From positions 1-31,698 of IMG/VR virus record IMGVR_UViG_3300020255_000007: DNA of 31,698 nucleotides; one strand, 5' to 3'. The notes beneath the pieces were generated by a model that was not told the origin of the DNA, searched no databases, and saw nothing but the letters and a program-made list of their open reading frames with translations. Positions 27,210 through 31,698 of this stretch are shown in pieces. The position numbers and the translations under genes were made by a program. Source of the stretch: a virus (Duplodnaviria; Caudoviricetes). Positions within the stretch are counted from its first letter, which is position 1. Every line of letters begins with the position of its first letter.

Positions 27210-27571
27210 CGGGTGTTTATGGATTTCAAGGTCAGCAAGTTTTTGATTTCACACCATGTGAACAAGAATTTGTTAATGAAAAAGAAGAAGAGTTTTTCAA
27301 GTTTCATGAAGAAAACCCCGGCGTTTATAAGTTATTCAATCGGTTTTGTTATGAGTACCTTGATAGCGGGAAGAAAAAGATATCCGCGGCAATGATAATA
27401 AATCGTATTAGATGGGAAATTGATATTCACACAACGGGTGATGATCTAAAGATTAATAATAATCATCAGCCGTATTATGCAAGATTATGGGTAAGGAATA
27501 ATCCCGCTCATAAAAACTTATTCAATTTCAAGAAAGTAAGAGGAGAGGAAGATGGACAAGAAGTTATTTAA
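27206..27571 (+). CDS. Conserved phage protein of unknown function
   Basis: FH.ENP.VY..F, I.RIRWE and KINNN...YYARL pattern. Confidence 0.7.
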   Translation: MTGVYGFQGQQVFDFTPCEQEFVNEKEEEFFKFHEENPGVYKLFNRFCYEYLDSGKKKISAAMIINRIRWEIDIHTTGDDLKINNNHQPYYARLWVRNNPAHKNLFNFKKVRGEEDGQEVI

Positions 27572-28331
27572 TGAATTATTAAAAGAAGATGTAGATCAAT
27601 ATATAGAGAAAAAAGGAAAATTTAATTACATCGCATGGCCCAATGCTATTATTCTTATAACAAACCATCCTCTGGTCGAAGAATTTAGTTTTTTAACAAT
27701 GAAAAATGAACAGACAGGACAACATTATTGGAAAGACCCTGACACCCATCATGTAACAGTTAAAACACAAGTTACTATAAATGGATGGACACAAGAGTGT
27801 TCTTTAGCAGTAACAGATAATAAAAATAACAGCATCATTGATCCAAGTGTTGATCAAATCGTTAATGCAGAAAAAAGATGCTTAGTAAAAAATATTGGTT
27901 TATTCGGTTTAGGTCTCAAGCTTTGGGTTAAAGAAGCATTACATGACAGAGTTGGTGCTACACCAAAAAAGGCTGTTGCTACACCGAAAAAGAAATCATC
28001 TAAGAAGAAGATCGATAATGTTGACAATCCTTCTCCTTCAGATGGTGAAATGGAAAGCTCTCGTGAGGACATCCATCCCCTACCTGAGCTTTCCACAAAC
28101 CCTAACTCAGATTTTCAGGTCATATTACAAAGTTTTAACAGAACAAAAGACTTCTGGAATGGACAAACTAAAAGATTTGAAAATGTAACAAGTGTAGATG
28201 GTATGAAAAAGTTACTTACAGAGTTAATGCCGTACCTGACTGCTACACAAAAAAAATATGTAAATATTTATAATGCTTATCAACAAGAATGGAATAACAA
28301 AAAAAGAGAATTAGAGAGGACAAGTTTATGA
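27552..28331 (+). CDS. Sak/Rad52-like single-strand annealing protein (DUF1071-like)
   Basis: EKKG..NY..W, V.D.KN..I and KRCLVK.IGLFGLGL motifs. Confidence 0.85.
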   Translation: MDKKLFNELLKEDVDQYIEKKGKFNYIAWPNAIILITNHPLVEEFSFLTMKNEQTGQHYWKDPDTHHVTVKTQVTINGWTQECSLAVTDNKNNSIIDPSVDQIVNAEKRCLVKNIGLFGLGLKLWVKEALHDRVGATPKKAVATPKKKSSKKKIDNVDNPSPSDGEMESSREDIHPLPELSTNPNSDFQVILQSFNRTKDFWNGQTKRFENVTSVDGMKKLLTELMPYLTATQKKYVNIYNAYQQEWNNKKRELERTSL

Positions 28332-28780
28332 AACCTAATTTTAGTAATTCAACAATCAAATCATCATTAACATCAGCTAAGAAGGAATATGATACTAATG
28401 ATAGTATTAATGTCGCTGTACAAAGTGGTAGCTATAAGGCTGTCATGTGGACTAACTGCCCTGTAACCATAGCTGAATTAAAAAAAGCTCATCCCGATAG
28501 AAATATTGATAGTATGACTTTAGATCAGTTATTAACAATTTACTGTGATGAGAATAAATCTAGTCTTGGAATTAGTATTCAAAGAAAAATGGGTGAAGGT
28601 CAGTATGATGTTAATGTGCAAGATATTCGTTTGTTTCCAAATGTAGACGCTTTAGAAACAGTATCTAATCCAGATCAAGGCTCATTAGAAGAAGACATAA
28701 TGAAAGCTGCTTCTGAAGAACCTCCATTTGATGATCCCTTCCCGCACACTGAAGACAAGATAGAAGGTTTTGATTTATAA
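28328..28780 (+). CDS. Putative single-stranded DNA-binding protein
   Basis: Follows the annealase gene and has an acidic tail (EEPPFDDPF...GFDL). No OB-fold motif confirmed. Confidence 0.45.
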   Translation: MKPNFSNSTIKSSLTSAKKEYDTNDSINVAVQSGSYKAVMWTNCPVTIAELKKAHPDRNIDSMTLDQLLTIYCDENKSSLGISIQRKMGEGQYDVNVQDIRLFPNVDALETVSNPDQGSLEEDIMKAASEEPPFDDPFPHTEDKIEGFDL

Positions 28781-28971
28781 TGAATGAGACAGTTCAAGAA
28801 GATATTAAACAGCTCTATAGCGTTCCTGAAGCCGCGGACATCCTATTCGGACAATCTGGAAACGAAAAAGTCAGACAAAGAAAAGTTAGAGGACTTATTA
28901 AAGAGAATAAACTTGATAGCATCAAGGTTGGGAAGAGGTCATATGTTACGAGGGCCTCTTTGGGTCTCTAG
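28780..28971 (+). CDS. xis: Excisionase-like winged-HTH protein
   Basis: LYSVPEAADIL...VRGLI.E.KL..IKVGKRSYV. Convergent with the integrase operon. Confidence 0.75.
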   Translation: MNETVQEDIKQLYSVPEAADILFGQSGNEKVRQRKVRGLIKENKLDSIKVGKRSYVTRASLGL

Positions 28972-29137
28972 CAGATCAGACAATTTCTTGATCTGGCCTG
29001 TCCAAGGCGAAATCCGTATTCTCTTATATGATAATTATTTCCAATTTAAAATGTCACCCCGTAGGATGCGTCTATTAGCTTCCAGGTTGTTAGAAGCTGC
29101 GGATCACGAAGAAAACAGTATAAATTGGAAAAATTGA
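28943..29137 (+). CDS. Hypothetical protein (64 aa; start revised from 28784)
   Basis: In-frame ATG at 28943 after GAGG avoids near-total overlap with xis. Confidence 0.45.
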   Translation: MLRGPLWVSSRSDNFLIWPVQGEIRILLYDNYFQFKMSPRRMRLLASRLLEAADHEENSINWKN

Positions 29138-29194
29138 CCCGTTTAAATGCGTTCTAAGAGCCTTTTAGGTATAAGTTGATAGTAGAGTAACCCC

Positions 29195-29220
29195 AAAAAA
29201 AAGAGCTCCCGAAGGAGCTC
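29195..29220 (-). terminator. Rho-independent terminator of the integrase operon
   Basis: Minus strand GAGCTCC-TTCG-GGAGCTC-T8 (UUCG tetraloop). Confidence 0.9.
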
Positions 29221-29258
29221 AGTGTTACTCAAATATAAAAGAATAAATCCTTTCCTCT

Positions 29259-29537
29259 CTAATTAATGTCCTCTTTTCGGGGAAGAACATTTACCCCATT
29301 ATAATTAGTGTCTTGTATTAGCTTAGAGATATCAGCTTCAATTTTCGATATCTCAGACATCCTTTGTTCAGGCGGCATCGCTAAAAAAAACTCAACCTCT
29401 GCATCAGTGTCTTCAATAATTCTAGCACAGTCCTCTTTATTAAAACCCATCTCTTTTGCGAAACGGTAAAACTGTAGTCTTAAATCATCAAGACCGTCTT
29501 CTCTAGGCTCAAATGGAAATTTAGTTTCTTGCGTCAT
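29259..29537 (-). CDS. Hypothetical protein
   Basis: 92-aa ORF coupled to the upstream gene by an ATGA overlap. Confidence 0.65.
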   Translation of the reverse strand: MTQETKFPFEPREDGLDDLRLQFYRFAKEMGFNKEDCARIIEDTDAEVEFFLAMPPEQRMSEISKIEADISKLIQDTNYNGVNVLPRKEDIN

Positions 29538-29776
29538 GGTCTATCCAATTTAAATTTAGCATTATCTTTAACTAGCTCTGATGTAGTGATTAGTTTTCCC
29601 GTATCAGCCACCCTAATTTGGAAATCCTGATACTTAGTTCTTTCGGTTACACCCATAAGAAATGCTTTAAGTTCGTTTTTGCAGTTAAATGAGTATTTTT
29701 TTTCTTCATCTACAACAGGAGAAATTTCAATCTCATTATTACTCCACTGAATTACCACTTCATATTTATCTGCCAT
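29534..29776 (-). CDS. Hypothetical protein
   Basis: 80-aa ORF coupled to the integrase stop codon. Confidence 0.65.
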   Translation of the reverse strand: MADKYEVVIQWSNNEIEISPVVDEEKKYSFNCKNELKAFLMGVTERTKYQDFQIRVADTGKLITTSELVKDNAKFKLDRP

Positions 29777-30906
29777 TATATTTTCCTTATCTGATTAAAT
29801 TTCGCTTTAATCTTTGCGTCTCTATCAGCATCCTCAAACCAATGTGAATAGATAGAGTGAGTTGTGTTAATACTTGCATGACCCATCTTCTCAGTAACAG
29901 TCCAAAGCTGATCCTGAAAGTGCTCCAGGAGGATAGATGCAAAATAATGTCTTAAATCGTGCCATCTGATTTTATCTACTCCAGCAGCTTTAATAGCATT
30001 GTATAAAAACTGTCTTCGATATCTACCCGTATCAGCTACGCTCCCGTCATCTGAAGGGAATACAAAATCATCATCTTTACTAAACTTTGTCACACCTCTC
30101 CAATCCAAAAGACTATTGAGTAAATTTGGTTCGATATCGACATCTCTTTTACCCGCTTTACTCTTGGTAGAGTTTACCACACGGTTTTTGTTATCTGCTT
30201 TTTTATACACATAAACTTTATCTTCCTCAAAAGAGATATCTTTCCATTGAAGGGCTCTTTGTTCGGATGCTCTCAATCCTGTAAAACAAGCAAACTCAAT
30301 ACAAGTTTTTGCTTCCAGGTTGTCCGCGGCATCAAGAATTGCACCTACAACATTATGACCAAGCTTAACAGCTAAATCATCTTTAGCTTCTTGAGTTATG
30401 ATATCAGTAAGTATTAAATTATTAACAGGGTTTTCATTTACCCATTTCTTTTTCAAGCAATGAATAAAGAAAATTTTAATAACTTGGATATGATTTTGAA
30501 TAGTTTTATAACTGTTGCCATGCTCATTAGATAACCACTTGATATAATTTTCTAGTTCAAAGACATCAATACTATGCACCTTCTTACTAGAATAAAATTC
30601 ACCATCAGCAGTATATTCTGTATAGCGATCCTGAAATCTTTTCATTACACATTTTCTATGAGCAATTTCTCTTTCAGATTTTTGAATATCTTCTAGTCTT
30701 CTAATGAAATCATTTACAGCCGCGTAAACAGAAACTGATCTTGCACTTGATATATGCATACCATTTTTTATTTCATAATCTTTGTCTAGTGAGTAAGCTT
30801 TAGCTTCATCTCTAGTTGCGAACATTTTCTTAGTTCCGTCATCCATCTCTACACACCATGACTTAACTTTAGCTTTCGCTTTTGTATTATCTCTATATAT
30901 TTTCAT
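29776..30906 (-). CDS. int: Tyrosine integrase
   Basis: Catalytic set TGLRASE, TKS, HDLRH, MGH and IYSH. Confidence 0.96.
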   Translation of the reverse strand: MKIYRDNTKAKAKVKSWCVEMDDGTKKMFATRDEAKAYSLDKDYEIKNGMHISSARSVSVYAAVNDFIRRLEDIQKSEREIAHRKCVMKRFQDRYTEYTADGEFYSSKKVHSIDVFELENYIKWLSNEHGNSYKTIQNHIQVIKIFFIHCLKKKWVNENPVNNLILTDIITQEAKDDLAVKLGHNVVGAILDAADNLEAKTCIEFACFTGLRASEQRALQWKDISFEEDKVYVYKKADNKNRVVNSTKSKAGKRDVDIEPNLLNSLLDWRGVTKFSKDDDFVFPSDDGSVADTGRYRRQFLYNAIKAAGVDKIRWHDLRHYFASILLEHFQDQLWTVTEKMGHASINTTHSIYSHWFEDADRDAKIKAKFNQIRKI

Positions 30907-31238
30907 TAGTTTACCTCCTTGAATTTATCAAAGAGAGCAAAAAGCTCCTCCCTGTTCATACCGATTATATTTAGGTAAATCTCTTCGTTACCATCGTTAT
31001 AATAGTCAAACATTTTAGATAAGAAAATTACAAGTGGCTTAGTGATACCAATTTGTAAAATCATTTCATCATCTTTTAGCTTATCAGCTGTACGAGCAAG
31101 CTCGTTAAATGTGTCCATTAAATTATTTAACAATTCTAATTGCTTGCGATTAAATTCACCATCAAGAGTTAAATCAGAATAGTTATCTAAAAACATCTCA
31201 GTGGCTAATACTTCTTTTTTGTTTAGGTTGATATACAT
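30906..31238 (-). CDS. Hypothetical protein
   Basis: 110-aa ORF coupled on both sides. Confidence 0.65.
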   Translation of the reverse strand: MYINLNKKEVLATEMFLDNYSDLTLDGEFNRKQLELLNNLMDTFNELARTADKLKDDEMILQIGITKPLVIFLSKMFDYYNDGNEEIYLNIIGMNREELFALFDKFKEVN

Positions 31239-31426
31239 TAAGCCGCCCTCCCACTAATTAAACCTTGTTCAATTAATTGGTTGGCTTGACGGCCAAACCA
31301 TCCCTGAAGTTGGTAGGCTAATCCTGTATCTACTAGGAGCTGCCATGCTTCTAAATATACTTCTTCAGTGATGTCTTCTTGGTTAGCAATGCCTTCTGCT
31401 ATCATTACGGCTTCATAAGGTGTCAT
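31238..31426 (-). CDS. Conserved small phage protein (62 aa; start revised to 31426)
   Basis: GGAGG SD before MTPYEAV. AWQ.LVDTG....LQGW.GR.A..LIEQG pattern. Confidence 0.75.
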   Translation of the reverse strand: MTPYEAVMIAEGIANQEDITEEVYLEAWQLLVDTGLAYQLQGWFGRQANQLIEQGLISGRAA

Positions 31427-31475
31427 ATTTTCCTCCATTTGGTTACGACTAATTAACTTCATATGTCTAATATAA

Positions 31476-31490
31476 TGACAGTTTCTGTCA
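31476..31490. promoter_or_regulatory. Palindromic operator candidate overlapping a minus-strand TTGACA
   Basis: TGACAG-TTT-CTGTCA upstream of the integrase operon. Confidence 0.5.
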
Positions 31491-31670
31491 ATTACAAGTA
31501 CTTTATATGTTTTTTTTACATTCAGCCTACGGGTGTGCCCGCAAACATACGGCCGAAAATCAGAGCAAAAACCGTTCTGGCTACTCTCTCTCCGCTCTCT
31601 GAGAGGTATATTAATGTTTATGATATGCTTGGAAATGTAGACCCACAAAGGACTTGCGGGAATATGTGGA

Positions 31671-31698
31671 TGGTGAGCCCGACAGGGATCGAACCTGT
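31671..31698 (-). tRNA. 3' end of a tRNA (T arm, acceptor strand and CCA); probable att core; isotype not determinable
   Basis: Minus strand ACAGG-TTCGATC-CCTGT-CGGGCTC-A-CCA, truncated by the window end. Confidence 0.88.

Larger units (their letters stand above)
1..31670. mobile_element. Temperate podovirus / prophage (BPP-1/HTVC010P-like virion module, lambdoid-type immunity region, tyrosine integrase)
   Basis: Complete head, packaging and short-tail gene set, CI/Cro-like pair, Xis, integrase and a tRNA 3' fragment at the right end. No host housekeeping genes seen. Confidence 0.95.

Noticed and set aside
31427-31648. N-terminal extension of the last ORF (likewise 25011-25082, 28784-28942 and 16255-16311)
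   Set aside because: These extensions run through promoter/att DNA or overlap other genes. Downstream starts have better SDs or context.
31671-31698. Assigning an isotype to the tRNA
   Set aside because: The anticodon arm is outside the window.

Overview
Most of a temperate, AT-rich podovirus or prophage. It has a BPP-1/HTVC010P-type virion module, and GANTC avoidance suggests an alphaproteobacterial host. The minus-strand late operon (22.1 kb to 0) runs terS, terL, two pre-portal proteins, portal, scaffold, major capsid, decoration protein, tail tubular A and B, a GNAT-like protein, internal/ejection proteins and a tail fibre cut by the window edge. A lambdoid-type switch (divergent Cro-like and CI-like HTH genes) separates two early arms. 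The leftward arm has a DnaA-domain-IV protein, a C5 DNA methyltransferase split over two overlapping frames, and a late regulator. The rightward arm has a PD-(D/E)XK nuclease, a Sak-like annealase, a putative SSB and an excisionase. A tyrosine integrase operon and the 3' end of a tRNA (probable att core) close the window. The most striking feature is a 986-aa ejection-type protein with an HhH-GPD glycosylase-like cargo domain. It is followed by two unannotated paralogous ~53-aa genes with their own candidate promoter and terminator, which resembles a virion-delivered effector/immunity cassette. All functional calls come from reading motifs by eye, not from database searches.
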